Shown here in pieces: positions 39,836-56,247 of a DNA stretch of 64,000 nt. The notes under the pieces were generated by a model. That model was not told the DNA's origin, ran no database searches, and saw nothing but the letters and a program-made list of their open reading frames with translations. Both the position numbers and the translations under genes were made by a program. Source of the DNA: Escherichia coli. GTDB taxonomy: Bacteria > Pseudomonadota > Gammaproteobacteria > Enterobacterales > Enterobacteriaceae. Every line of letters starts with the position of its first letter. Position 1 is the stretch's first letter. Location of the stretch: the NCBI RefSeq assembly GCF_003334385.1, contig NZ_QOWN01000001.1, one strand, 5' to 3'.

Positions 39836-41944
39836 TTAATTTCGGTTTCGGGTGACTTTAATCACGTCTGGCATCACGCGGATTTTGCGCATGATATTCG
39901 CCAGATGCACACGGTCACGAGCGGTCAGACGAATAAAGGCGCTGTAGACGCGACCATCTTTCTCTTCCGTATTCAAACTTTGAATATTCGAAGTCGTGGT
40001 GTTAATTGCCGCCGTCAGGTTTGCCAGCGCACCCTGATGATTGAACATCTCCACCTTGATTTCGGTGATGAACTCCTGCGCCGTCTCTTTATCCCATTCC
40101 ACAGCCATAAACTTCTCTGGCTCTTTCTGGTAGCCACGGATATTACGGCAGGATTCATGGTGGATCACCAGACCTTTACCGGGGCTGACGTGGGCGATAA
40201 TCGGGTCGCCAGGAATAGGGCGGCAGCATTTCGCAAAGGTGATCAGCACGCCATCGGCACCTTTAATGGGCAGATGTCCGTGGCTTTGGGTTGCCGGTGG
40301 AATGGAGGCGTCCCCATGTTGCAGATTTTTCGCGACCACCACGCTCATTGCGTTACCAAGTCCGATTTCTGCCAGCAGATCGTCAAGCGTTGCCAGCTTC
40401 ATGCGATCCAGCTCGCGCTGAATATTTTCCTGCGGGATTTCATTCAGCTTACGGCTACCACCCAAAGCATGGTTGAGCAGACGACGGCCCAGGCTTACAG
40501 AATCATCACGCTTGAGGTTTTTCAGCAACTGACGAATTTTGGCGCGCGCTTTCGAGCTAACGACAAAGTTCAGCCAAGCGGCATTCGGGCGAGCGCCCGG
40601 AGCGGTAATGATTTCAACGGTTTGACCGCTGGTAAGCGGCTGCGACAGCGGGTAAGGCTGGCGGTCAACGCGTGCGCCCACGCAGGCATGACCGATATCG
40701 GTATGCACTGCATAAGCGAAGTCGACGGGCGTTGCACCGGCAGGCAGCTCGACAATGCGCCCTTCCGGTGTGAAAACGTAAATCTCATCCGGGAAGAGAT
40801 CGGATTTAACGCTCTCGATAAATTCAAACGAACTACCGGCGCTCTGTTGCAGCTCCAGCAGGCTTTGCATCCAGCGCTGGGCGCGGATTTGTGCGGTAGT
40901 ACTGGTTTCGCCGTGCTCTTTATAAGCCCAGTGCGCGGCAACACCCATCTCCGCCATCTGGTCCATATCTTCGGTACGGATCTGGACCTCAACCGGCACA
41001 CCGTGCGGGCCGATCATCGAGGTGTGCAAAGACTGATAGCCGTTCGCTTTTGGAATGGCGATATAGTCTTTCACGCGGCCCGGACGCGGCTTGTACAGGC
41101 TGTGCATCTGGCCCAGCACGCGATAACAGGTGTCAGAATCATTGACGATCACGCGGAAAGCGTAGATGTCCATGATCGAGTGAAAACGCTGCTCTTTGAG
41201 CACCATTTTGCAGTAAATCGAATAAAGATGCTTCTCGCGACCACTGACGCGGCACGGTATTCCCGCTTCCTGCAAACGCCCTTCGATTTCAGAAAGAATC
41301 TTCTGGATCATCTCTTTACGGTTGCCGCGCGCGGCTTTCACCACTTCTTTGATTACGCGATAACGGTTGGGATACAGCGCCTCAAAACCCAGCTCTTCGA
41401 GTTCGGTTTTAATGTGGTGGATACCTAAACGGTGCGCCAGCGGGCTATAAATTTCGAGAGTTTCACGGGCGATGCGGCGACGTTTGTCCGGGCGAAGTGA
41501 GCCCAGCGTGCGCATGTTGTGGGTACGGTCGGCAAGTTTGATGAGGATGACGCGGATATCCTGCACCATCGCCATAATCATCTTGCGAAAGTTTTCGGCC
41601 TGCGCCTCTTTCTTATCGCGGAACTTGAGTTTATCAAGTTTCGACACCCCCTCTACCAGCTCGGCGACGCTTTTACCAAAAAGCTGTTCCATATCCTGGT
41701 AGGTGGCGGGAGTATCTTCAATCACGTCATGCAGCAGCGCCGCCATCAGCGTTTCATAGTCGAGTTTCATCTCGGCCAGAATGCAGGCAACCGCTACCGG
41801 GTGCGTGATATAGGGTTCACCGCTTGAACGTGTTTGCCCCTCGTGAGCATCACGTGCAACGAGATACGCCTGCCGCAGACGCTTGATTTGGTCTTCCGGC
41901 AGGTAGGTTTGAATCAGTTGATTCAGGCTTTCAAACAGATACAA
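39836..41944 (-). CDS. spoT: bifunctional (p)ppGpp synthetase/hydrolase SpoT
   Basis: 702-aa ORF with an HD hydrolase domain (HDVIEDT) and RelA/SpoT synthetase domain. Confidence 0.95.
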   Translation of the reverse strand: MYLFESLNQLIQTYLPEDQIKRLRQAYLVARDAHEGQTRSSGEPYITHPVAVACILAEMKLDYETLMAALLHDVIEDTPATYQDMEQLFGKSVAELVEGVSKLDKLKFRDKKEAQAENFRKMIMAMVQDIRVILIKLADRTHNMRTLGSLRPDKRRRIARETLEIYSPLAHRLGIHHIKTELEELGFEALYPNRYRVIKEVVKAARGNRKEMIQKILSEIEGRLQEAGIPCRVSGREKHLYSIYCKMVLKEQRFHSIMDIYAFRVIVNDSDTCYRVLGQMHSLYKPRPGRVKDYIAIPKANGYQSLHTSMIGPHGVPVEVQIRTEDMDQMAEMGVAAHWAYKEHGETSTTAQIRAQRWMQSLLELQQSAGSSFEFIESVKSDLFPDEIYVFTPEGRIVELPAGATPVDFAYAVHTDIGHACVGARVDRQPYPLSQPLTSGQTVEIITAPGARPNAAWLNFVVSSKARAKIRQLLKNLKRDDSVSLGRRLLNHALGGSRKLNEIPQENIQRELDRMKLATLDDLLAEIGLGNAMSVVVAKNLQHGDASIPPATQSHGHLPIKGADGVLITFAKCCRPIPGDPIIAHVSPGKGLVIHHESCRNIRGYQKEPEKFMAVEWDKETAQEFITEIKVEMFNHQGALANLTAAINTTTSNIQSLNTEEKDGRVYSAFIRLTARDRVHLANIMRKIRVMPDVIKVTRNRN

Positions 41945-41962
41945 GGGCGACCCGCTTTGTGA

Positions 41963-42238
41963 TTAACGACGACCTTCAGCAATAGCGGTAACGGCTTGTA
42001 ATTCAGCGGCTTCCTGCTCTTGCTGTTCCTGGCGTTCGCGAACGTCGAGGATCTGGTTGTTGATCAGACCTTCTTCGATTTCGCGCAGCGCGATTACAGT
42101 GGTTTTATCGTTTTCTTCCGGTACCAGCGGATCCTTTCCGCCTACCTGCATCTGACGAGCGCGACGCGCGGCGACCAGTACCAGGTCAAAACGGTTACCA
42201 ATTTTCTCTACAGCGTCCTGAACAGTTACGCGTGCCAT
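41963..42238 (-). CDS. rpoZ: RNA polymerase omega subunit RpoZ
   Basis: 91-aa [32 protein letters not shown]... Confidence 0.95.
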
Positions 42239-42292
42239 ACTTAAAAAGCTCCACAGGTGAAGAAATGACTGGGCATGATACTGAAATCAGGT

Positions 42293-45470
<3,178 letters not shown>

Positions 45471-45760
45471 GGTTCTCTCCCTAAAAATCTGTCTGGCAGG
45501 GTAGCGATTTGTGCGCATTGTCACGATTGAGATTTTTTAAGGGGAGGGGAAATTGATAACTTGTAGTTATGTGAAATCGCTATTTTCTGTAGCAGAGATG
45601 CATTCTTCTGACTTCTTGTCTGAGAAAATGCATAAGAAAAAATAGGTTAAAACTGAGGGGGGAAAAGAAAGGTGCAATATTTAGCCATTGTGTTCACTGC
45701 ACCTGGACCTTGGCTTACGCATCGGGTGTCTCAATCAACAAAAAGAGTTTTTAGTTTCTG

Positions 45761-46585
45761 CTATTTCTTCTCTGTAATTTTTACACTGTTTTCCAACTGC
45801 TTGATGCTGACCTGCGGGGTCGGCAACTCCTCAGGCATGGTTCCGCCAAGTTCCTGAATGGTTTGCCTCACCTTGCGACCCACGTCAAAGTGTGTGGTGT
45901 TTGCTTGCTGTTTTGAATTCACGCCATCCCGCTTGAGTTTTTCTTCTGTTTGGGTAGCTCGAAAGAGATTAGCCGCCAGTTCTGTTGAACCCATATGATC
46001 CAGGATCTTCTGATTCTTTTTCAGCCCCTTCCGCTGATGAATAGCTTTCTGATCTAATCCACCATACAGCCCCTGGTAACCATGATTCTGAAATATGGCG
46101 AAATCAGTAGCTGTCGCTACCCCAGCTTGCTGTGCTGCCTCAACCAATTGTTTGTTATGTTCTTTCAACTCATTTCTCAGAAACAGACGCTTTTCGTCTT
46201 CACGAAGTTGCTTAAATGCTTCATCGTCAGCAAGCTCCTGCCGTCGGGTCTGGATAGCAAAATAAGTCTGCCCTGCCGCAATGACCGGTTTCGCAGGGTC
46301 GCCGTTTTGTACTACCAGGTAACAGGCATAGCGGGAGAGTACGATGTCTTTTAATGCTCTTTTGGCATTTGAGCCAATTTTGACCATATCGAGGATCTCC
46401 TCGAAATGGTCATCAATTGTGTGACCACTGTTCTCACAGGCTTCTTTGGCGCGCGTTAATACAGGTATAAAGTGACGATACTCTGAATAACCCAGTAGTT
46501 TCCCAAGTTGTCTTGCTGACCATTGTTCTGCTCCGTTTGCATTAATCAGTTTTATCTCTTCAAAAGGTTGATGATGTTCGTTCAT
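45761..46585 (-). CDS. dinD: DNA-damage-inducible protein DinD
   Basis: 274-aa product from MNEHHQPFEEIKLINANGAEQWSARQLGKLLGY... Confidence 0.9.
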   Translation of the reverse strand: MNEHHQPFEEIKLINANGAEQWSARQLGKLLGYSEYRHFIPVLTRAKEACENSGHTIDDHFEEILDMVKIGSNAKRALKDIVLSRYACYLVVQNGDPAKPVIAAGQTYFAIQTRRQELADDEAFKQLREDEKRLFLRNELKEHNKQLVEAAQQAGVATATDFAIFQNHGYQGLYGGLDQKAIHQRKGLKKNQKILDHMGSTELAANLFRATQTEEKLKRDGVNSKQQANTTHFDVGRKVRQTIQELGGTMPEELPTPQVSIKQLENSVKITEKK

Positions 46586-46630
46586 TGCCCACTCCATGTG
46601 ATATCAATTGCAAAGAAAGTAAATCTGTAA

Positions 46631-46646
46631 CTGTATTTATATACAG
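46631..46646. promoter_or_regulatory. LexA box (SOS operator) upstream of dinD
   Basis: CTGTATTTATATACAG matches the CTGT-N8-ACAG consensus; about 46 bp upstream of the dinD start codon. Confidence 0.8.
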
Positions 46647-46805
46647 TTGTGAGTATCTCACGTTCTCAGTGTGCTGGGCAAAAAAACATCGCAAAATCTG
46701 GAGCAGGCACGCAAAACAGAATTGAATGTTGCGGGGAAGAAAAATGCCGCTCTGTTTGAGTGGCGGCATTTGTGAAGGCGGAAAAGTAAGAATTGGCGTT
46801 ACGAG

Positions 46806-47669
46806 TTATTCGATGTTCTGAATCTGCTCGCGCATCTGCTCAATCAACACTTTCAGCTCGATGGCGGAGTTTGTCACTTCGGCATTGATAGACTTCGACG
46901 CAAGAGTGTTCGACTCGCGGTTGAACTCCTGCATCATAAAATCCAGACGACGACCAACCGCTTCTTTTTTCTTCAGAATGTTGTAGGTCTCTTTGACATG
47001 CGCTTCGAGGCGATCCAGTTCTTCGGCAACGTCAATTCGTTGTGCCAGCAGAACCAGTTCCTGCTCCAGACGGTTGTTTTCCAGTTGCACCTGAGCATCT
47101 TCCAGCTTCGCGACCAGACGCTCACGCTGCCATTGCAGGATTTCCGGCATATGGGAGCGGACTTTGACCACTTCGGCGGTGACGCCTTCCAGACGCTGCT
47201 CGATCAATGCTTTCAGTGCCTGACCTTCGGTTTCGCGCGCGACAATAAAGTCGTCCAGCGTACCATCCAGCGCCGCGAGAATTTCAGCGGCAATGGCGTC
47301 AAGATCCTGCTCCTGGGCTGCCATCACGCCCGGCCAGCGTAGAATATCAACCGGGTTGATTTCCCCTTCGTCACTCTGCATTTTTACCCAGTTCGCGGCA
47401 GTTACCAGCTGTTTAGCCAGTTTTTCGTTGAGGATCAGCTCACCTTGCGCGCTAACATCTGGCTCATAGCGCAGGGTACATTCCACTTTACCGCGCGTCA
47501 GGCGAGAACGAATACGCTCGCGAACGACAGGTTCAAGGCTACGGAACTGCTCCGGCAGACGAAAGTAAGTTTCCAGATAACGCTGGTTTACCGAGCGCAT
47601 TTCCCAGGTTGCGCTCCCCCATTCACCCTTGATTTCACGCCGGGCGTAGGCGGTCATACTGCGGATCAT
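46806..47669 (-). CDS. yicC: YicC-family stress-induced protein
   Basis: 287-aa ORF in the K-12 position between dinD and rph. Confidence 0.9.
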   Translation of the reverse strand: MIRSMTAYARREIKGEWGSATWEMRSVNQRYLETYFRLPEQFRSLEPVVRERIRSRLTRGKVECTLRYEPDVSAQGELILNEKLAKQLVTAANWVKMQSDEGEINPVDILRWPGVMAAQEQDLDAIAAEILAALDGTLDDFIVARETEGQALKALIEQRLEGVTAEVVKVRSHMPEILQWQRERLVAKLEDAQVQLENNRLEQELVLLAQRIDVAEELDRLEAHVKETYNILKKKEAVGRRLDFMMQEFNRESNTLASKSINAEVTNSAIELKVLIEQMREQIQNIE

Positions 47670-47795
47670 AGACGTTCCTGTTTATAAAAGGAGAGGTGGA
47701 AGGATTATAGCCATCGATGCCTTGTCAGGATAGGAATAACCGCCGGAAGTCCGTATAATGCGCAGCCACATTTGTTTCAAGCCGGAGATTTCAAT

Positions 47796-48512
47796 ATGCG
47801 TCCAGCAGGCCGTAGCAATAATCAGGTGCGTCCCGTTACCCTGACTCGTAACTATACAAAACATGCAGAAGGCTCGGTGCTGGTCGAATTTGGCGATACC
47901 AAAGTGTTGTGTACCGCCTCTATTGAAGAAGGCGTGCCGCGCTTCCTGAAAGGTCAGGGCCAGGGCTGGATCACCGCAGAGTACGGCATGCTGCCACGTT
48001 CTACCCACACCCGTAACGCTCGTGAAGCGGCGAAAGGTAAGCAGGGTGGACGCACAATGGAAATCCAGCGTCTGATCGCCCGTGCTCTTCGCGCGGCAGT
48101 AGATTTGAAAGCGCTGGGTGAGTTCACCATTACGCTGGACTGCGACGTGCTTCAGGCTGATGGTGGCACGCGTACCGCGTCGATTACGGGTGCCTGCGTG
48201 GCGCTGGTAGATGCGCTACAGAAGCTGGTGGAAAACGGCAAGCTGAAAACCAATCCGATGAAAGGGATGGTAGCCGCAGTTTCTGTCGGAATTGTGAACG
48301 GCGAAGCGGTTTGCGATCTGGAATACGTTGAAGACTCTGCCGCAGAGACCGACATGAACGTAGTGATGACCGAAGACGGGCGCATCATTGAAGTGCAGGG
48401 GACGGCAGAAGGCGAGCCGTTCACCCATGAAGAGCTACTCACCTTGTTGGCTCTGGCCCGAGGGGGAATCGAATCCATTGTAGCGACGCAGAAGGCGGCG
48501 CTGGCAAACTGA
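47796..48512 (+). CDS. rph: ribonuclease PH (full length)
   Basis: 238-aa product from [39 protein letters not shown]... ending ...[16 protein letters not shown], with no truncation. Confidence 0.95.
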   Translation: MRPAGRSNNQVRPVTLTRNYTKHAEGSVLVEFGDTKVLCTASIEEGVPRFLKGQGQGWITAEYGMLPRSTHTRNAREAAKGKQGGRTMEIQRLIARALRAAVDLKALGEFTITLDCDVLQADGGTRTASITGACVALVDALQKLVENGKLKTNPMKGMVAAVSVGIVNGEAVCDLEYVEDSAAETDMNVVMTEDGRIIEVQGTAEGEPFTHEELLTLLALARGGIESIVATQKAALAN

Positions 48513-48517
48513 TTTTT

Positions 48518-48545
48518 AAGGCGACTGATGAGTCGCCTTTTTTTT
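48518..48545 (+). terminator. pyrE attenuator (intrinsic terminator in the rph-pyrE intercistronic region)
   Basis: Stem AAGGCGACT / AGTCGCCTT with loop GATG, followed by eight T residues; about 30 bp upstream of the pyrE start. Confidence 0.85.
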
Positions 48546-48577
48546 GTCTGTAGAAAAGTAAGATGAGGAGCGAAGGC

Positions 48578-49219
48578 ATGAAACCATATCAGCGCCAGTT
48601 TATTGAATTTGCGCTTAGCAAGCAGGTGTTAAAGTTTGGCGAGTTTACGCTGAAATCCGGGCGCAAAAGCCCCTATTTCTTCAACGCCGGGCTGTTTAAT
48701 ACCGGGCGCGATCTGGCACTGTTAGGCCGTTTTTACGCTGAAGCGTTGGTGGATTCCGGCATTGAGTTCGATCTGCTGTTTGGCCCTGCTTACAAAGGGA
48801 TCCCGATTGCCACCACAACCGCTGTGGCACTGGCGGAGCATCACGACCTGGACCTGCCGTACTGCTTTAACCGCAAAGAAGCAAAAGACCACGGTGAAGG
48901 CGGCAATCTGGTTGGTAGCGCGTTACAAGGACGCGTAATGCTGGTAGATGATGTGATCACCGCCGGAACGGCGATTCGCGAGTCGATGGAGATTATTCAG
49001 GCCAATGGCGCGACGCTTGCTGGCGTGTTGATTTCGCTCGATCGTCAGGAACGCGGGCGCGGCGAGATTTCGGCGATTCAGGAAGTTGAGCGTGATTACA
49101 ACTGCAAAGTGATCTCTATCATCACCCTGAAAGACCTGATTGCTTACCTGGAAGAGAAGCCGGAAATGGCGGAACATCTGGCGGCGGTTAAGGCCTATCG
49201 CGAAGAGTTTGGCGTTTAA
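48578..49219 (+). CDS. pyrE: orotate phosphoribosyltransferase PyrE
   Basis: 213-aa product from [38 protein letters not shown]... Confidence 0.95.
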
Positions 49220-49255
49220 AGAAACTCGCCGGATGAAAAGTCATCCGGCGTCATA

Positions 49256-49852
49256 TTACTGCAACTGTGCCGCAATTAGCGGCCAGCGGGCGTCAAAATC
49301 ATCCGTCGGGCGGTATTTAAATTCGCTGCGGACAAAACGTGACAGCATACCTTCACAGAAGGCCAGGATCTGGCTTGCCAGCAGGGTTTCATCGGTGGTG
49401 TAACCTTCACCCTCACGCATTCTCTTTTCACGCAATACCTGGCGCAGCTGCGCTTCAATACGCTCGAACAGCTGGTTGATGCGCCCTTGCAGGCGATCCT
49501 GTTCAAACATTAGCGCATGACCAGTGAGGATGCGGGTCAGGCCAGGATTACGCTCACCAAAACCGAGAAGCAGCAACACAATCAGACGCAGGCGCGCTGT
49601 GGTGTCTTTCTCATCTTTCAGAATCAGGTTGATGCGAGTAATCAGGCTATCTTCGATAAACTCAATCAGGCTATCGAACATGCGGGTCTTACTGGGGAAG
49701 TGGCGATACAGTGCCGCTTCGGAAACGCCGACAGAGGCGGCCAGTTTTGCCGTCGTGATACGTTGGCTTCCATCGCTGGATTCCAGCATCAGCGCCAGAG
49801 ACTGAAGTATTTCCTCGCGACGGTTCCTTTTCGCAGTTTGTTTTTCTGCCAT
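49256..49852 (-). CDS. slmA: nucleoid occlusion factor SlmA (TetR family)
   Basis: 198-aa product from [24 protein letters not shown]... Confidence 0.9.
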
Positions 49853-49958
49853 GTTACAAAATACCCCTGAAAATAAGCACTTGCCAGGCGGCACCCACGC
49901 TATGACCGCAAACGAAATGTTTGCGGCTATGTTATGACGTTATTCGGATGCGTATGTG

Positions 49959-50417
49959 TTACTGACGACCAGAGTGACCAAAGCCGCCTTCACCGCGGTC
50001 GGTGGCGTCGAAATCTTCCACCAGATTAAATTCAGCCTGTACTACCGGAACAAAAATCATCTGGGCGATGCGTTCGCCAGGTTGAATGGTGAAGCTGTCC
50101 TGACCACGGTTCCACACGGAAATCATCAACTGGCCCTGATAGTCAGAATCGATCAATCCTACCAGGTTACCAAGCACGATACCGTGCTTATGTCCCAATC
50201 CGGAGCGCGGCAGCATCATTGCCGCCAGTGAAGGATCGGCAATATGAATCGCCAGCCCGGTCGGAACCAGCGTAGTGTCACCCGGAGCCAGTTCTACGGC
50301 GTCGTTGAGACAGGCACGCAGGTCAAGTCCGGCAGAGCCAGAGGTGGCATAAGTCGGGAGCGGAAATTCCTTCCCAACGCGCGGGTCCAGAATCTTAACG
50401 TCGATTTTTTTCATCAT
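49959..50417 (-). CDS. dut: dUTP pyrophosphatase Dut
   Basis: 152-codon [38 protein letters not shown]...; start may be the second Met. Confidence 0.95.
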
Positions 50418-51615
50418 AACGGGTCACGATCTCGTCGAGTAATAATTGGCCAAGGAGCTCTTTGCGCTCAAGCGGTAAGACTTTATCTCCGTCCTGCCAG
50501 AAAAGGTGTAATGCGTTGTTGTCGCTGTTAAATCCTTGAGTTGGCTGGGAAACATCGTTCGCGCAGATCAGATCAAGGTTTTTACGGATACGTTTTTGCC
50601 GGGCGTATTCTTCCACATTATTTGTTTCGGCGGCAAATCCAACGACGTAGGGTCGATGGTCTTTTAGTGCGGCAACGCCTGCGACGATATCGGGGTTTTT
50701 AACCATTTTTATTGTTAATTCATCACCCTGCGTGGCCTGCTTTTTGATTTTCTCTGGGGCCACGGTAGCTGCGCGATAATCCGCCACGGCGGCGCAGCCG
50801 ATAAAAATATTTTGCTGCTGTACAGAAGCATTCACGGCGGCTTCCATTTCCAGCGCGGTCATCACATCAACACGTTTAACAAACGGTGGCGTCGGTAGTG
50901 AAACCGGACCTGATACCAGCGTGACGTTCGCGCCACGACGGGCAGCGGCGGCGGCGATAGCAAAACCCATCTTGCCGGAGCTGTGATTAGAGATATAACG
51001 CACCGGATCGAGCGGTTCACGCGTCGGGCCGGCGGTAATCATAATGTTCAGATGTTTCAGGTCGTTGACGGGCGAAAAATGCGCTACCGCCATATCCACA
51101 ATGGTTAACGGATCGAGCATTCGCCCAGGACCGATATCACCACAAGCCTGACTGCCACTGTCTGGCCCCCAGATGAGCAAACCACGGGAAGCAAGCACCT
51201 CTAAATTATGCTGCGTGGCAGCGGCACGGTACATCTGCTGGTTCATGGCGGGGAGCACGGCTACAGGCGCAGGTGTAGCCAGACAAATCGTCGATACCAG
51301 GTCATTCGCCATTCCGGCAGCAACACGGGCAATCAAATCTGCCGTGGCAGGGGCGAGAATCACTAAATCAGCCCATTTACCCAGCTCAATATGGCCCATA
51401 GCGGCTTCGGCTGCCGGGTCCAGCAGACTGTCGGAAACGGGATAACCAGAAACCGCCTGCAAGCTAAGTGGGGTGATAAAGGCTTTTGCCGCTTCGGTCA
51501 TGGCTACGCGGACGTCGGCCCCGCGATCGCGCAAACGACGCACCAGTTCAGGGGTTTTATAGGCAGCAATACCGCCGCTAACGCCGAGAACGATTTTTTT
51601 ACCGGCCAGGCTCAT
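50395..51615 (-). CDS. coaBC: bifunctional phosphopantothenoylcysteine decarboxylase/synthetase CoaBC (Dfp)
   Basis: 406-aa product from [28 protein letters not shown]... Confidence 0.95.
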
Positions 51616-51780
51616 GATGATTTTTCCTGTAGGGTGACACCAGAAGTTGGCGATTTTATCACAATACTTTTGTTGTCGTGCCTTCACCTGAGATTCACTT
51701 TGCGAGGCGCTTTCCAGGATTGAAAACTGGCCGTCGATTTAACGAAACGGCTATGACAGGATGCGAGCACCACAAAGGAG

Positions 51781-52455
51781 GTGAAGGTGAAAAACAATTC
51801 ACAGCTGTTGATGCCGCGCGAAAAAATGCTGAAGTTTGGTATTAGCGCCTTAACGGATGTCGAGCTGCTGGCGCTATTTCTGCGTACCGGAACGCGCGGT
51901 AAAGATGTATTAACCCTGGCAAAAGAGATGCTGGAGAATTTCGGCTCTCTTTATGGCTTGTTAACCTCTGAATATGAACAATTTAGTGGCGTTCATGGAA
52001 TTGGCGTGGCGAAATTTGCCCAGTTAAAGGGGATTGCTGAACTGGCGCGGCGTTACTACAACGTGCGGATGCGTGAAGAAAGCCCTTTACTCAGCCCGGA
52101 GATGACGAGGGAATTTTTACAAAGCCAGCTCACGGGTGAGGAGCGGGAGATCTTTATGGTGATCTTTCTCGACTCCCAACACCGGGTTATAACGCATAGG
52201 CGTCTTTTTTCCGGCACGCTAAACCATGTTGAAGTCCATCCTCGGGAAATTATCCGCGAAGCGATAAAAATAAACGCCTCGGCGCTGATCCTTGCACATA
52301 ATCACCCTTCGGGTTGTGCTGAACCCAGTAAAGCGGATAAACTCATTACTGAACGGATAATAAAGAGTTGTCAGTTCATGGATTTACGCGTGCTCGACCA
52401 TATCGTGATTGGGCGTGGAGAGTATGTTTCTTTTGCCGAACGCGGCTGGATTTAA
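51781..52455 (+). CDS. yicR: RadC-like JAB-domain protein YicR
   Basis: 224-codon ORF with the JAMM-like motif (HNHPSG). Confidence 0.9.
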   Translation: MKVKNNSQLLMPREKMLKFGISALTDVELLALFLRTGTRGKDVLTLAKEMLENFGSLYGLLTSEYEQFSGVHGIGVAKFAQLKGIAELARRYYNVRMREESPLLSPEMTREFLQSQLTGEEREIFMVIFLDSQHRVITHRRLFSGTLNHVEVHPREIIREAIKINASALILAHNHPSGCAEPSKADKLITERIIKSCQFMDLRVLDHIVIGRGEYVSFAERGWI

Positions 52456-52650
52456 CCCGCTATGCGCGATCCTTCGGGATCTTTGTCTGTTCGGGACTTG
52501 AGCACATCGCTGAGTCAGCGTATACTACGCCACCTTTGAGAATCTCGGGTTTGGCATTTGGGCCTGGCAATCGAGAGTTCACATAGAACTGCGATGACCG
52601 GGCTGTAAAGCCTGACGAGGCGCCAATACCCCATACGAAGCTCGAGCTAA

Positions 52651-52908
<258 letters not shown>

Positions 52909-52925
52909 GTACTTAGAGGAAATAA

Positions 52926-53096
<171 letters not shown>

Positions 53097-53114
53097 TTCT
53101 CGCTTTGATGTAAC

Positions 53115-53143
53115 AAAAAACCTCGCTCCGGCGGGGTTTTTTG
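53115..53143 (+). terminator. rho-independent terminator of the rpmB-rpmG operon
   Basis: GC-rich stem CCTCGC / GCGGGG with loop TCCG, followed by TTTTTT. Confidence 0.7.
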
Positions 53144-53193
53144 TTATCTGCTTGCCCCCATATTGACTGCATCTGTTCATTCCTGGAGATGCT

Positions 53194-54003
53194 ATGCCTG
53201 AATTACCCGAAGTTGAAACCAGCCGCCGCGGCATAGAACCGCATCTCGTTGGTGCAACCATTCTTCATGCAGTGGTGCGCAACGGACGCTTGCGCTGGCC
53301 GGTTTCAGAAGAGATCTACCGTTTAAGCGACCAACCAGTGCTTAGCGTGCAGCGGCGGGCTAAATATCTGCTGCTGGAGCTGCCTGAGGGCTGGATTATC
53401 ATTCATTTAGGGATGTCTGGCAGCCTGCGCATCCTTCCAGAAGAACTTCCCCCTGAAAAGCATGACCATGTGGATTTGGTGATGAGCAACGGCAAAGTGC
53501 TGCGCTACACCGATCCGCGCCGCTTTGGTGCCTGGCTGTGGACCAAAGAGCTGGAAGGGCATAATGTGCTGACCCATCTTGGACCGGAGCCGCTTAGCGA
53601 CGATTTCAATGGTGAGTATCTGCATCAGAAGTGCGCGAAGAAAAAAACGGCGATTAAACCGTGGCTGATGGATAACAAGCTGGTGGTAGGGGTAGGGAAT
53701 ATCTATGCCAGCGAATCACTGTTTGCGGCGGGGATCCATCCGGATCGGCTGGCGTCATCACTGTCGCTGGCAGAGTGTGAATTGTTAGCTCGGGTGATTA
53801 AAGCGGTGTTGCTGCGTTCGATTGAGCAGGGTGGTACAACGCTGAAAGATTTTCTGCAAAGTGATGGTAAACCGGGCTATTTCGCTCAGGAATTGCAGGT
53901 TTACGGGCGAAAAGGTGAGCCGTGTCGGGTGTGCGGTACGCCGATTGTGGCGACTAAACATGCGCAGCGGGCAACGTTTTATTGTCGGCAGTGCCAGAAG
54001 TAA
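53194..54003 (+). CDS. mutM: formamidopyrimidine-DNA glycosylase MutM (Fpg)
   Basis: 269-aa [26 protein letters not shown]... with a C-terminal zinc finger (CRVCGTP...CRQCQ). Confidence 0.95.
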
Positions 54004-54012
54004 TTCATGCGC

Positions 54013-54032
54013 GCCGGATGGCATACCATCCG
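54013..54032. terminator. stem-loop between convergent mutM and coaD (candidate bidirectional terminator, no clear U-tract)
   Basis: Perfect 9-bp arms GCCGGATGG / CCATCCGGC with loop CATA. Confidence 0.4.
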
Positions 54033-54041
54033 GCATAAACG

Positions 54042-55806
<1,765 letters not shown>

Positions 55807-56152
55807 AGTAAATAGCTGACTTATGGATGTGCTGGGGATTCTATGTATTTAGCTGTGGCTTTACCATTACTTTTCCCGTTTTTGACTTAAATAGCTTCAG
55901 TTTGGTCTGATCTGCCGCTACATCTTCATTTTTTTTGTATTTTTATGCGATTCATTGAAACTCGGCCCCATTTTCAAATCTACATAGGCCGTACTGACAT
56001 TATCGAAATGCTATTTTTTATCTATTTGATTTTTATGATTAAAGTATATTTTGTGTATAAAAATCATTCGGGTCGGATTGCTGCGAAAGAAATGATACAC
56101 TAGCACGTCAAAGTAAGTGCGTTATCAGTATTCAGGTAGCTGTTGAGCCTGG

Positions 56153-56164
56153 GGCGGTAGCGTG
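56153..56164 (+). promoter_or_regulatory. ops element (GGCGGTAGCGTG) within the JUMPstart leader of the waaQ operon; RfaH recruitment site
   Basis: Exact 12-mer GGCGGTAGCGTG in the 5' leader, about 85-95 bp upstream of waaQ. Confidence 0.85.
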
Positions 56165-56247
56165 CTTTTTTCTGCTTAACTTAACCAGACAATCACACAA
56201 AAGAGTCGCTAGTGGAAAAGCCATTTCGAAAAATCCTGGTCATAAAG

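Noticed and set aside
39539..41428. 629-aa plus-strand ORF
   Set aside because: It lies antisense to spoT and trmH, which are conserved genes on the minus strand; long antisense ORFs are common in GC-rich coding regions and this one shows no protein-like motifs.
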